64,000 nucleotides of DNA from Squalus acanthias (Eukaryota). Of the stretch, positions 25,265 through 39,800 are shown one piece after another. The DNA lies in contig CM059431.1 of the NCBI GenBank assembly GCA_030390025.1, forward strand, positions 98,148,001 through 98,212,000, in the 5' to 3' direction. The notes under the pieces were generated by a model, which was given only the letters and a program-made list of their open reading frames with translations, did no database searches and was not told where the DNA came from. The translations under genes and the position numbers were made by a program. How positions within the stretch are numbered: position 1 is the stretch's first letter; the number at the start of each line of letters is the position of its first letter.

Positions 25265-26246
25265 GTAAAGCTGCACTGTTGGAGGGGCAGTACTGAGGGA
25301 GAGCTGCACTGTCGGACGGTCAGTACTGAGGGAACGCTGCACTGTCGGACGGTCAGTACTGAGGGAACGCTGCACTGTCGGAGGGGCAGTACTGAGGTAG
25401 CGCTGTACTGTCGGAGGGGCAATACTGAGGGAGCGCCGCACTGTCGGAGGGGCAGTACTGAGGGAGCACTGCACTGTCGGAGGCACAGTACTGAGGGAGC
25501 GCTGCACTGTCGGAGGGGCAGTACTGAGGGAGTGCTGCACTGTCGGAGGGTCAGTACTGAGGGAGCGCCACACTGTCGGAGGGGCAGTACTAAGGGAGCA
25601 CGGCACTGTCGAAGGGTTAGTACTGAGGGGGTGCTGCACTGTCGGACAGTCAGTCCTGAGGGAGCACGGCACTGTTGGAGGGGCAGTACTGAGGGAGTGC
25701 TGCACTGTCGGACGGTCAGTACTGAGGGAGCGCCGCACTGTCGGACGGTCAGTAGTGAGGGAGCACTGCACTGTTAGAGGGGCAGCACTGAGGGAGTGCT
25801 GCACTGTCGATGGGCTGTACCGAGGGAGAGCTGCACTGTCGGAGGGGCAGTACTGAGGGAGCGCTGCACTGTCGGAGGGGCAGTACTGAGGGAGCGCTGC
25901 ACTGTCGGAGGGGCAGTATTGAGGGAGTGCTGCACTGTCGGAGGGGCGGTACTGAGGGAGCGCTGCACTGTTAGAGGGGCAGTACTGAGGGAGCGCCGCA
26001 CTGTTAGAGGGGCAGCACTGAGGGAGTGCTGCACTGTCGATGGGCTGTACTGAGGGAGAGCTGCACTGTCGGAGGGGCAGTACTGATTGAGCGCTGCACT
26101 GTCGGAGGGGCAGTATTGAGGGAGTGCTGCACTGTCGGAGGGGCAGTACTGATTGAGCGCTGCACTGTCGGAGGGGCAGTATTGAGGGAGTGCTGCACTG
26201 TCGGAGGGGCAGTACTGAGGGAGCGCCGCACTGTCGGAGGGGCTGT
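25265..26246 (+). repeat. 33-bp SINE-derived minisatellite, about 30 copies, with no recognisable SINE head or tail
   Basis: Unit gcagtactgagggagcgctgcactgtcggaggg. Confidence 0.93.
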
Positions 26247-26375
26247 CTTGAGCTGTGAAAGTGAGGATTCCTGATTTCTGTCCCCGGTGTGTGAGACTGT
26301 TTGTGCTCATCTTTTGATTAAAGCACTGCGTCAACCAGAAGATTTCTTCAAGGCAAAAGAAGAGTTTTTACTTAC

Positions 26376-26430
26376 AGCTAGAACTGTGTCAGCCAATAGG
26401 ACCGGGATGAGTAATTGCAATAATAGACAC
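26376..26430 (-). CDS. 55-bp coding exon of a signal peptide, (W)CLLLQLLIPVLLADTVLA; resembles an even-type collagen IV gene (COL4A2/A6-like)
   Basis: Minus strand ttttatttcacAG|GTGTCT...CTAGCT|GTAAGT; phase 2 in, phase 0 out; hydrophobic with a V-L-A end. From recall, human COL4A2 exon 3 is 55 bp with the same phases and ends SVLA. Confidence 0.65.
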
Positions 26431-26642
26431 CTGTGAAATAAAAGTACATGTTTAAACTTCCATTTACAGAGACCTCGCGCATCATAAAGGAACGTCAGAC
26501 ACCCTGCACCAGCTTCCTGCCCCTTCAGAAAATGGACTCCTCCTTTTCCTGCAACTCGGCAGCTTCACCTATCTTTTGTTTGGTGGGATGGACGGCATTT
26601 ACCTGGAGGAGCTGCAACCAAACATTAAACGTTCCAGCCGCC

Positions 26643-27155
26643 TTCCTTCTTCTTAGGCAGTCCCTCGGAACCGAGGATGACTTGCTTCCACACTAAACAT
26701 GAGTTCTCAGGTGACTGATGAGTCCAATGTGGGACCTACAGTCTCTGTCACAGGTGGGGCAGACGGTGGTCGAAGGGGCGGGTGGGTGGGGTGCTTGGGT
26801 TGACGTGCGCTGTTTTCGCTGTTTGCGCCTGCCTTCCGCTTGCTCCCGGCGAAGAGACTCGGGGTGTTCGCCGCCTTCCCGGATGCTTCTCCTCCACTTT
26901 GTGCGGTCTTGGGCCAGGGATTCCCAGGTGTCGGTGGGGATGTTGCACTTTTTCAAGGAGGCTTTGAGGGTGTCCTTGCAGCGTTTCCTCTGCCCACCTG
27001 GGGTTCTCTTGCCGTGTCGGAGCTCCGAGTAGAGCGCTTGTTTTGGGAGTCTCGTATCGGGCATGCGGACAATGTGACCCGTCCATCGGAGCTGATCGAG
27101 TGTGGTCAAAGCTTCAATATTGGGGATGTTGGCCTGAGCGAGAACACTGACGTTA
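26643..27155 (-). mobile_element. RTE-clade LINE 3' fragment
   Basis: QLRWTGHIVRMPDTRLPKQALYSEL..GGQRKR.KDTLK and a C-terminal CPTC..HLRTH zinc finger; short (AAG)n tail. Confidence 0.9.
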
Positions 27156-27339
27156 GCCCCAAATGGAGAACAGGAATTCCCTCCCACAGTGGAACCAGAG
27201 CTGAATCTTCTCATTAGTTGCTGGGCTCGGGTAGGATCAGGAGTGAAGGAGAACGCAGGAGAGATGGGGAGAAAATAATCGGGAGAGGGAAGGGGAGGGA
27301 GAGGGGCAGGGAGCGTGGGGTCAGAGGCTGGGAGTGTGG

Positions 27340-27442
27340 GGTGGTTCAAGAAGGAGGCTCACCACCAGCTTCTCACAGGCAACTCGGGACGGGCAATAAA
27401 TGCGGCCTTGCCAGCGACGCCCACATCCCCAGAATGAATTAA
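27340..27442 (+). mobile_element. Short 3' tail of the LINE family at 42034-43128
   Basis: ggttcaagaaggaggctcaccacc...ccttgccagcgacgcccacatccc. Confidence 0.75.
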
Positions 27443-27569
27443 AGAATACAATTCCCATAGTGGGATGATTTTGATTGTGGCTTTTCAGATTCTCAGACAG
27501 TTTTCCTGCTATTTTTCTTGTTTTTTTGTTTGTTGAGGTCACAACAAGGATGATCGGAAAAAAACTTAC

Positions 27570-27694
27570 CACATGTTTTATTCTCTGGGAAATTTTCAGT
27601 GAATCAATTCGATGGTCCCTCCGATCACCGACTGGAGTCCAATGAGCTGACGCTTCAATTCCAGCTCAGTCCTGAACGAAATGCTTCACTAAAC
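27570..27694 (-). CDS. Exon with 5' UTR and start codon (coding part ATG TG, 27570-27574), in phase with exon 26376-26430
   Basis: Minus strand ttttattttctgacAG|GTTTAG...gaaTAAaacATGTG|GTAAGT; only ATG in the exon, A at -3, in-frame stop just upstream. Confidence 0.6.
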
Positions 27695-27899
27695 CTGTCA
27701 GAAAATAAAACAGACGGAAACGAGAATCGATCAACTTGGTGAACTTGACCCAAAAGAAGTTCAAAGTCACATCAAAAACTTGTGAATCCTCGCACACTCA
27801 TCTGTTGGATGTAGCGAGTCTTGGCTCAAATGTAGCATATTGCAAGCTGTGTGAAATGGGCAGGAGGTGGAACAGTCAGGACTATCACACGGACCTTAA

Positions 27900-30800
27900 T
27901 ACTACTGTCCCTTACACACTCAGAGTTACTGCCCCTGACACACTCAGAGTTACTGCCCCTGACACACTCAGAGTTACTGTCCCTGACACACTCAGAGTTA
28001 CTGTCCCTTACACACTCAGAGTTACTGCCCCTGACACACTCAGAGTTACTGCCCCTTACACACTCAGAGTTACTGCCCCTGACACACTCAGAGTTACTGT
28101 CCCTTACACACTCAGAGTTACTGTCCCTGACACACTCAGAGTTACTGTCCCTGACACACTCAGAGTTACTGCCCCTTACACACTCAGAGTTACTGTCCCT
28201 GACACACTCAGAGTTACTGCCCCTTACACACTCAGAGTTACTGCCCCTTACACACTCAGAGTTACTGCCCTGACACACTCAGACTTACTGCCACTTACAC
28301 ACTCAGAGTTACTGCTCCTGACACACTCAGAGTTACTGCCCCTTACACACTCAGAGTTACTGCCCCTTACACACTCAGAGTTACTGCCACTGACACACTC
28401 AGAGTTACAGCCCCTTACACACTCAGAGTTACTGCCCCTGACACACTCAGAGTTACTGCCCCTTACACACTCAGAGTTACTGCCTCTTACACACTCAGAG
28501 TTACTGCCCCTGCCACACTCAAAGTTACTGCCCCTCACACACTCAGAGTTACTGCTCCTTACACACTCAGAGTTACTGCTCCTTACACACTCAGAGTTAC
28601 TGCCCGTTACACACTCAATATTATTGCCCCGTACACACACAGAGTTACTGCCCCTTACACACTCAATATTATTGCCCCTTACACACTCAGAGTTACTGCC
28701 CCTTACACAATCAGAGTTACTGCCCCTTACACACTCAGAGTTACTGCCCCTGCCACACTCAGAGTTACTGCCCCTTACACACTCAGAGTTACTGCCCTGA
28801 CACACTCAGAGTTACTGCCCCTTACACACTCAGAGTTACTGCCCCTTACACACTCAGAGTTACTGCCCCTTACACACTCAGAGTTGCTGCCCCTTACACA
28901 CTCAGAGTTACTGCCCCTGACACACTCAGAGTTACTGCCCCTTACACACTCAGTGTTACTGCCCCTTTACACACTCAATATTATTGCCCCTGACACACTC
29001 AATATTACTGCCCCTTACACACTCAATATTACTGCCACTGACACACTCAGAGTTACTGCCCCTTACACACTCAGAGTTACTGCCCCTTACACACTTAGAG
29101 TTACTGCCCCTTACACACTCAGAGTTACTGCCCTGACACACTCAGAGTTACTGCTCCTGACACGCTCAGAGTTACTGCCCCTTACACACTCAGAGTTACT
29201 GCCCCTGACACACTCAGAGTTACTGCCCCTTTCACACTCAGAGTTACTGCTCCTTACACACTCAGAGTTACTGCCCCTTACACACTCAATTTTATTGCCC
29301 CTTACACACTCAGAGTTACTGCTCCTGACACACTCAGAGTTACTGCCCCTTTCACACTCAGAGTTACTGCTCCTTACACACTCAGAGTTACTGCCCCTTA
29401 CACACTCAATTTTATTGCCCCAGATACACGCAGAGTTACTGCCCCTGACACACTCAGAGTTACTGCCCCTTACACACTCAGAGTTACTGCCCCTGACACA
29501 CTCAGAGTAACTGCCCCTTACAAACTCAATATTACTGCCCCTTACGCACTCAGAGTTACTGCCCCTGGCACACTCAGAGTTACTGCCCCTTACACACTCA
29601 GAGTTACTGCCCCTTACACACTCAGAGTTACTGCCCTGACACACTCAGAGTTACTGCCCCTGACACACTCTGAGTTAATGCCCCTGACACACTCAGAGTT
29701 ACTGCCCCTGACACACTCAGAGTTACTGCCCCCGACACACTCAGAGTTACTGCCCCGACACACTCAATATTATTGCCCCTGACACACTCAATATTACTGC
29801 CCCTTACACACTCAATATTACTGCCACTGACACACTCAGAGTTACTGCCCCTTACACACTCAGAGTTACTGCCCCTTACACACTCAGAGTTACTGCCCCT
29901 GACACACTCAGAGTTACTGCCCCTTTCACACTCAGAGTTACTGCTCCTTACACACTCAGAGTTACTACGCCTGACACACTCAGTGTTACTGCCCCTTTCA
30001 CACTCAGAGTTACTGCTCCTTACACACTCAGAGTTACTGCCCCTTACACACTCAATATTACTGCCCCTTACACACTCAGAGTTACTGCCCCTTACACACT
30101 CTACATTACTGCCCCTGACACACTCAGAGTTACTGCCCCTGACACACTCAGAGTTACTGTCCCTGACACACTCAGAGTTACTGCCCCTGACACACTCAGA
30201 GTTACTGCCCCTTACACACTCAGAGTTACTGCCCCTGACACACTCAGAGTTACTGCCCCGACACACTCAGAGTTACTGTCCCTTACACACTCAGAGTTAC
30301 TGTCCCTGACACACTCAGAGTTACTGTCCCTGACACACTCAGAGTTACTGCCCCTTACACACTCAGAGTTACTGTCCCTGACACACTCAGAGTTACTGCC
30401 CCTTACACACTCAAAGTTACTGCCCCTTACACACTCAGAGTTACTGCCCTGACACACTCAGACTTACTGCCACTTACACACTCAGAGTTACTGCTCCTGA
30501 CACACTCAGAGTTACTGCCCCTTACACACTCAGAGTTACTGCCCCTTACACACTCAGAGTTACTGCCACTGACACACTCAGAGTTACAGCCCCTTACACA
30601 CTCAGAGTTACTGCCCCTGACACACTCAGAGTTACTGCCCCTTACACACTCAGAGTTACTGCCTCTTACACACTCAGAGTTACTGCCCCTGCCACACTCA
30701 AAGTTACTGCCCCTGACACACTCAGAGTTACTGCTCCTTACACACTCAGAGTTACTGCTCCTTACACACTCAGAGTTACTGCCCGTTACACACTCAATAT

Positions 30801-33800
30801 TATTGCCCCGTACACACACAGAGTTACTGCCCCTTACACACTCAATATTATTGCCCCTTACACACTCAGAGTTACTGCCCCTTACACAATTAGAGTTACT
30901 GCCCCTTACACACTCAGAGTTACTGCCCCTGCCACACTCAGAGTTACTGCCCCTTACACACTCAGAGTTACTGCCCTGACACACTCAGAGTTACTGCCCC
31001 TTACACACTCAGAGTTACTGCCCCTTACACACTCAGAGTTACTGCCCCTTACACACTCAGAGTTGCTGCCCCTTACACACTCAGAGTTACTGCCCCTGAC
31101 ACACTCAGAGTTACTGCCCCTTACACACTCAGTGTTACTGCCCCTTTACACACTCAATATTATTGCCCCTGACACACTCAATATTACTGCCCCTTACACA
31201 CTCAATATTACTGCCACTGACACACTCAGAGTTACTGCCCCTTACACACTCAGAGTTACTGCCCCTTACACACTTAGAGTTACTGCCCCTTACACACTCA
31301 GAGTTACTGCCCTGACACACTCAGAGTTACTGCTCCTGACACGCTCAGAGTTACCGCCCCGTACACACTCAGAGTTACTGCCCCTGACACACTCAGAGTT
31401 ACTGCCCCTTTCACACTCAAGAGTTACTGCTCCTTATACACTCAGAGTTACTGCCCCTTACACACTCAATTTTATTGCCCCTTACACACTCAGAGTTACT
31501 GCTCCTGACACACTCAGAGTTACTGCCCCTTTCACACTCAGAGTTACTGCTCCTTACACACTCAGAGTTACTGCCCCTTACACACTCAATTTTATTGCCC
31601 CTGACACACGCAGAGTTACTGCCCCTGACACACTCAGAGTTACTGCCCCTTACACACTCAGAGTTACTGCCCCTGACACACTCAGAGTAACTGCCCCTTA
31701 CAAACTCAATATTACTGCCCCTTACGCACTCAGAGTTACTGCCCCTGACACACTCAGAGTTACTGCCCCTTACACACTCAGAGTTACTGCCCCTTACACA
31801 CTCAGAGTTACTGCCCCTGACACACTCAGAGTAACTGCCCCTTACAAACTCAATATTACTGCCCCTTACACACTCAGAGTTACTGCCCCTGGCACACTCA
31901 GAGTTACTGCCCCTTACACACTCAGAGTTACTGCCCCTTACACACTCAGAGTTACTGCCCTGACACACTCAGAGTTACTGCCCCTGACACACTCTGAGTT
32001 AATGCCCCTGACACAATCAGAGTTACTGCCCCTGACACACTCAGAGTTACTGCCCCCGACACACTCAGAGTTACTGCCCCGACACACTCAATATTATTGC
32101 CCCTGACACACTCAATATTACTGCCCCTTACACACTCAATATTACTGCCACTGACACACTCAGAGTTACTGCCCCTTACACACTCAGAGTTACTGCCCCT
32201 TACACACTCAGAGTTACTGCCCCTTACACACTCAGAGTTACTGCCCCTTACACACTCAGAGTTACTGCCCCTTACACACTCAGAGTTGCTGCCCCTTACA
32301 CACTCAGAGTTACTGCCCCTGACACACTCAGAGTTACTGCCCCTTACACACTCAGTGTTACTGCCCCTTTACACACTCAATATTATTGCCCCTGACACAC
32401 TCAATATTACTGCCCCTTACACACTCAATATTACTGCCACTGACACACTCAGAGTTACTGCCCCTTACACACTCAGAGTTACTGCCCCTTACACACTTAG
32501 AGTTACTGCCCCTTACACACTCAGAGTTACTGCCCTGACACACTCAGAGTTACTGCTCCTGACACGCTCAGAGTTACCGCCCCTTACACACTCAGAGTTA
32601 CTGCCCCTGACACACTCAGAGTTACTGCCCCTTTCACACTCAAGAGTTACTGCTCCTTATACACTCAGAGTTACTGCCCCTTACACACTCAATTTTATTG
32701 CCCCTTACACACTCAGAGTTACTGCTCCTGACACACTCAGAGTTACTGCCCCTTTCACACTCAGAGTTACTGCTCCTTACACACTCAGAGTTACTGCCCC
32801 TTACACACTCAATTTTATTGCCCCTGACACACGCAGAGTTACTGCCCCTGACACACTCAGAGTTACTGCCCCTTACACACTCAGAGTTACTGCCCCTGAC
32901 ACACTCAGAGTAACTGCCCCTTACAAACTCAATATTACTGCCCCTTACGCACTCAGAGTTACTGCCCCTGACACACTCAGAGTTACTGCCCCTTACACAC
33001 TCAGAGTTACTGCCCCTTACACACTCAGAGTTACTGCCCCTGACACACTCAGAGTAACTGCCCCTTACAAACTCAATATTACTGCCCCTTACACACTCAG
33101 AGTTACTGCCCCTGGCACACTCAGAGTTACTGCCCCTTACACACTCAGAGTTACTGCCCCTTACACACTCAGAGTTACTGCCCTGACACACTCAGAGTTA
33201 CTGCCCCTGACACACTCTGAGTTAATGCCCCTGACACAATCAGAGTTACTGCCCCTGACACACTCAGAGTTACTGCCCCCGACACACTCAGAGTTACTGC
33301 CCCGACACACTCAATATTATTGCCCCTGACACACTCAATATTACTGCCCCTTACACACTCAATATTACTGCCACTGACACACTCAGAGTTACTGCCCCTT
33401 ACACACTCAGAGTTACTGCCCCTTACACACTCAGAGTTACTGCCCCTGACACACTCAGAGTTACTGCCCCTTACACACTCAGAGTTACTGCCCCTTACAC
33501 ACTCAGAGTTACTGCCCCTGACACACTCAGAGTTACTGCTCCTTACACACTCAGAGTTACTGCCCCTGACACACTCAGAGTTACTGCCCCTTACACACTC
33601 AGAGTTACTGCCCCTTACACACTCAGAGTTACTGCCCCTGACACACTCAGAGTTACTGCTCCTTACACACTCAGAGTTACTACCCCTGACACACTCAGTG
33701 TTACTGCCCCTTTCACACTCAGAGTTACTGCTCCTTACACACTCAATATTACTGCCCCTTACACACTCAGAGTTACTGCCCCTTACACACTCTACATTAC

Positions 33801-36800
33801 TGCCCCTGACACACTCAGAGTTACTGCCCCTTACACACTCAGAGTTACTGCCCTGACACACTCAGAGTTACTGCCCCTTACACACTCAGAGTTACTGCCA
33901 CTGACACACTCAGAGTTACTGCCCCTTACACAGTCAGAGTTACTGCCCCTTACACACTCAGAGTTACTGCTCCTTACACACTCAGCGTCACTGCCCCTTA
34001 CACACTCAATATTACTGCCCCTTACACACTCAGAGTTACTGCCCCTTACACACTCAGAGTTACTGCCCCTTACACACTTAGAGTTACTGCCCCTTACACA
34101 CTCAGAGTTACTGCCCCTGACACACTCAGAGATACTGCTCCTTACACACTCAGCATTCCTGCCCCTTACACACTCAATATTACTGCCCCTTACACACTCA
34201 GAGTTACTGCCCCTTACACACTTAGAGTTACTGCCCCAGACACACTCAGAGTTACTGCCCCTTACACACTCAGAGTTACTGCCCCTTACACACTTAGAGT
34301 TACTGCCCCTTACACACTCAGAGTTACTGCCCCTGACACACTCAGAGTTACTGCTCCTGACACGCTCAGAGTTACTGCCCCGACACACTCAGAGTTACTG
34401 CCCCTTACACACTCAGAGTTACTGCCCCTGACACACTCAGAGTTACTGCTCCTGACACGCTCAGAGTTACTGCCCCTGACACACTCAGAGTTACTGCTCC
34501 TGACACGCTCAGAGTTACTGCCCCTTTCACACTCAGAGTTACTGCTCCTTACACACTCAGAGTTACTGCCCCTTACACACTCAATTTTATTGCCCCTTAC
34601 ACACTCAGAGTTACTGCCCCTGACACACTCAGAGTTACTGCCCCTGACACACTCAGAGTTACTGCCCCTTACACACTCAATATCATTGCCCCTTACACAC
34701 TCAGAGTTACTGCCCCTTACACAATTAGAGTTACTGCCCCTTACACACTCAGAGTTACTGCCCCTGCCACACTCAGAGTTACTGCCCCTTACACACTCAG
34801 AGTTACTGCCCTGACACACTCAGAGTTACTGCCCCTTACACACTCAGAGTTACTGCCCCTTACACACTCAGAGTTACTGCCCCTTACACACTCAGAGTTG
34901 CTGCCCCTTACACACTCAGAGTTACTGCCCCTGACACACTCAGAGTTACTGCCCCTTACACACTCAGTGTTACTGCCCCTTTACACACTCAATATTATTG
35001 CCCCTGACACACTCAATATTACTGCCCCTTACACACTCAATATTACTGCCACTGACACACTCAGAGTTACTGCCCCTTACACACTCAGAGTTACTGCCCC
35101 TTACACACTTAGAGTTACTGCCCCTTACACACTCAGAGTTACTACCCTGACACACTCAGAGTTACTGCTCCTGACACGCTCAGAGTTACCGCCCCTTACA
35201 CACTCAGAGTTACTGCCCCTGACACACTCAGAGTTACTGCCCCTTTCACACTCAAGAGTTACTGCTCCTTATACACTCAGAGTTACTGCCCCTTACACAC
35301 TCAATTTTATTGCCCCTTACACACTCAGAGTTACTGCTCCTGACACACTCAGAGTTACTGCCCCTTTCACACTCAGAGTTACTGCTCCTTACACACTCAG
35401 AGTTACTGCCCCTTACACACTCAATTTTACTGCCCCTGGCACACTCAGAGTTACTGCCCCTTACACACTCAGAGTTACTGCCCCTTACACACTCAGAGTT
35501 ACTGCCCTGACACACTCAGAGTTACTGCCCCTGACACACTCTGAGTTAATGCCCCTGACACAATCAGAGTTACTGCCCCTGACACACTCAGAGTTACTGC
35601 CCCCGACACACTCAGAGTTACTGCCCCGACACACTCAATATTATTGCCCCTGACACACTCAATATTACTGCCCCTTACACACTCAATATTACTGCCACTG
35701 ACACACTCAGAGTTACTGCCCCTTACACACTCAGAGTTACTGCCCCTTACACACTCAGAGTTACTGCCCCTTACACACTCAGAGTTACTGCCCCTTACAC
35801 ACTCAGAGTTACTGCCCCTTACACACTCAGAGTTGCTGCCCCTTACACACTCAGAGTTACTGCCCCTGACACACTCAGAGTTACTGCCCCTTACACACTC
35901 AGTGTTACTGCCCCTTTACACACTCAATATTATTGCCCCTGACACACTCAATATTACTGCCCCTTACACACTCAATATTACTGCCACTGACACACTCAGA
36001 GTTACTGCCCCTTACACACTCAGAGTTACTGCCCCTTACACACTTAGAGTTACTGCCCCTTACACACTCAGAGTTACTGCCCTGACACACTCAGAGTTAC
36101 TGCTCCTGACACGCTCAGAGTTACCGCCCCTTACACACTCAGAGTTACTGCCCCTGACACACTCAGAGTTACTGCCCCTTTCACACTCAAGAGTTACTGC
36201 TCCTTATACACTCAGAGTTACTGCCCCTTACACACTCAATTTTATTGCCCCTTACACACTCAGAGTTACTGCTCCTGACACACTCAGAGTTACTGCCCCT
36301 TTCACACTCAGAGTTACTGCTCCTTACACACTCAGAGTTACTGCCCCTTACACACTCAATTTTATTGCCCCTGACACACGCAGAGTTACTGCCCCTGACA
36401 CACTCAGAGTTACTGCCCCTTACACACTCAGAGTTACTGCCCCTGACACACTCAGAGTAACTGCCCCTTACAAACTCAATATTACTGCCCCTTACGCACT
36501 CAGAGTTACTGCCCCTGACACACTCAGAGTTACTGCCCCTTACACACTCAGAGTTACTGCCCCTTACACACTCAGAGTTACTGCCCCTGACACACTCAGA
36601 GTAACTGCCCCTTACAAACTCAATATTACTGCCCCTTACACACTCAGAGTTACTGCCCCTGGCACACTCAGAGTTACTGCCCCTTACACACTCAGAGTTA
36701 CTGCCCCTTACACACTCAGAGTTACTGCCCTGACACACTCAGAGTTACTGCCCCTGACACACTCTGAGTTAATGCCCCTGACACAATCAGAGTTACTGCC

Positions 36801-39800
36801 CCTGACACACTCAGAGTTACTGCCCCCGACACACTCAGAGTTACTGCCCCGACACACTCAATATTATTGCCCCTGACACACTCAATATTACTGCCCCTTA
36901 CACACTCAATATTACTGCCACTGACACACTCAGAGTTACTGCCCCTTACACACTCAGAGTTACTGCCCCTTACACACTCAGAGTTACTGCCCCTGACACA
37001 CTCAGAGTTACTGCCCCTTACACACTCAGAGTTACTGCCCCTTACACACTCAGAGTTACTGCCCCTGACACACTCAGAGTTACTGCTCCTTACACACTCA
37101 GAGTTACTGCCCCTGACACACTCAGAGTTACTGCCCCTTACACACTCAGAGTTACTGCCCCTTACACACTCAGAGTTACTGCCCCTGACACACTCAGAGT
37201 TACTGCTCCTTACACACTCAGAGTTACTACCCCTGACACACTCAGTGTTACTGCCCCTTTCACACTCAGAGTTACTGCTCCTTACACACTCAATATTACT
37301 GCCCCTTACACACTCAGAGTTACTGCCCCTTACACACTCTACATTACTGCCCCTGACACACTCAGAGTTACTGCCCCTTACACACTCAGAGTTACTGCCC
37401 TGACACACTCAGAGTTACTGCCCCTTACACACTCAGAGTTACTGCCACTGACACACTCAGAGTTACTGCCCCTTACACAGTCAGAGTTACTGCCCCTTAC
37501 ACACTCAGAGTTACTGCTCCTTACACACTCAGCGTCACTGCCCCTTACACACTCAATATTACTGCCCCTTACACACTCAGAGTTACTGCCCCTTACACAC
37601 TCAGAGTTACTGCCCCTTACACACTTAGAGTTACTGCCCCTTACACACTCAGAGTTACTGCCCCTGACACACTCAGAGATACTGCTCCTTACACACTCAG
37701 CATTCCTGCCCCTTACACACTCAATATTACTGCCCCTTACACACTCAGAGTTACTGCCCCTTACACACTTAGAGTTACTGCCCCAGACACACTCAGAGTT
37801 ACTGCCCCTTACACACTCAGAGTTACTGCCCCTTACACACTTAGAGTTACTGCCCCTTACACACTCAGAGTTACTGCCCCTGACACACTCAGAGTTACTG
37901 CTCCTGACACGCTCAGAGTTACTGCCCCGACACACTCAGAGTTACTGCCCCTTACACACTCAGAGTTACTGCCCCTGACACACTCAGAGTTACTGCTCCT
38001 GACACGCTCAGAGTTACTGCCCCTGACACACTCAGAGTTACTGCTCCTGACACGCTCAGAGTTACTGCCCCTTTCACACTCAGAGTTACTGCTCCTTACA
38101 CACTCAGAGTTACTGCCCCTTACACACTCAATTTTATTGCCCCTTACACACTCAGAGTTACTGCCCCTGACACACTCAGAGTTACTGCCCCTGACACACT
38201 CAGAGTTACTGCCCCTTACACACTCAATATCATTGCCCCTTACACACTCAGAGTTACTGCCCCTTACACAATTAGAGTTACTGCCCCTTACACACTCAGA
38301 GTTACTGCCCCTGCCACACTCAGAGTTACTGCCCCTTACACACTCAGAGTTACTGCCCTGACACACTCAGAGTTACTGCCCCTTACACACTCAGAGTTAC
38401 TGCCCCTTACACACTCAGAGTTACTGCCCCTTACACACTCAGAGTTGCTGCCCCTTACACACTCAGAGTTACTGCCCCTGACACACTCAGAGTTACTGCC
38501 CCTTACACACTCAGTGTTACTGCCCCTTTACACACTCAATATTATTGCCCCTGACACACTCAATATTACTGCCCCTTACACACTCAATATTACTGCCACT
38601 GACACACTCAGAGTTACTGCCCCTTACACACTCAGAGTTACTGCCCCTTACACACTTAGAGTTACTGCCCCTTACACACTCAGAGTTACTACCCTGACAC
38701 ACTCAGAGTTACTGCTCCTGACACGCTCAGAGTTACCGCCCCTTACACACTCAGAGTTACTGCCCCTGACACACTCAGAGTTACTGCCCCTTTCACACTC
38801 AAGAGTTACTGCTCCTTATACACTCAGAGTTACTGCCCCTTACACACTCAATTTTATTGCCCCTTACACACTCAGAGTTACTGCTCCTGACACACTCAGA
38901 GTTACTGCCCCTTTCACACTCAGAGTTACTGCTCCTTACACACTCAGAGTTACTGCCCCTTACACACTCAATTTTATTGCCCCTGACACACGCAGAGTTA
39001 CTGCCCCTGACACACTCAGAGTAACTGCCCCTTACAAACTCAATATTACTGCCCCTGACACACTCAGAGTAACTGCCCCTTACAAACTCAATATTACTGC
39101 CCCTTACGCACTCAGAGTTACTGCCCCTGACACACTCAGAGTTACTGCCCCTTACACACTCAGAGTTACTGCCCCTTACACACTCAGAGTTACTGCCCCT
39201 GACACACTCAGAGTAACTGCCCCTTACAAACTCAATATTACTGCCCCTTACACACTCAGAGTTACTGCCCCTGGCACACTCAGAGTTACTGCCCCTTACA
39301 CACTCAGAGTTACTGCCCCTTACACACTCAGAGTTACTGCCCTGACACACTCAGAGTTACTGCCCCTGACACACTCTGAGTTAATGCCCCTTACACACTC
39401 AGAGTTACTGCCCTGACACACTCAGAGTTACTGCCCCTGACACACTCTGAGTTAATGCCCCTGACACAATCAGAGTTACTGCCCCTGACACACTCAGAGT
39501 TACTGCCCCCGACACACTCAGAGTTACTGCCCCGACACACTCAATATTATTGCCCCTGACACACTCAATATTACTGCCCCTTACACACTCAATATTACTG
39601 CCACTGACACACTCAGAGTTACTGCCCCTTACACACTCAGAGTTACTGCCCCTTACACACTCAGAGTTACTGCCCCTGACACACTCAGAGTTACTGCCCC
39701 TTACACACTCAGAGTTACTGCCCCTTACACACTCAGAGTTACTGCCCCTGACACACTCAGAGTTACTGCTCCTTACACACTCAGAGTTACTGCCCCTGAC

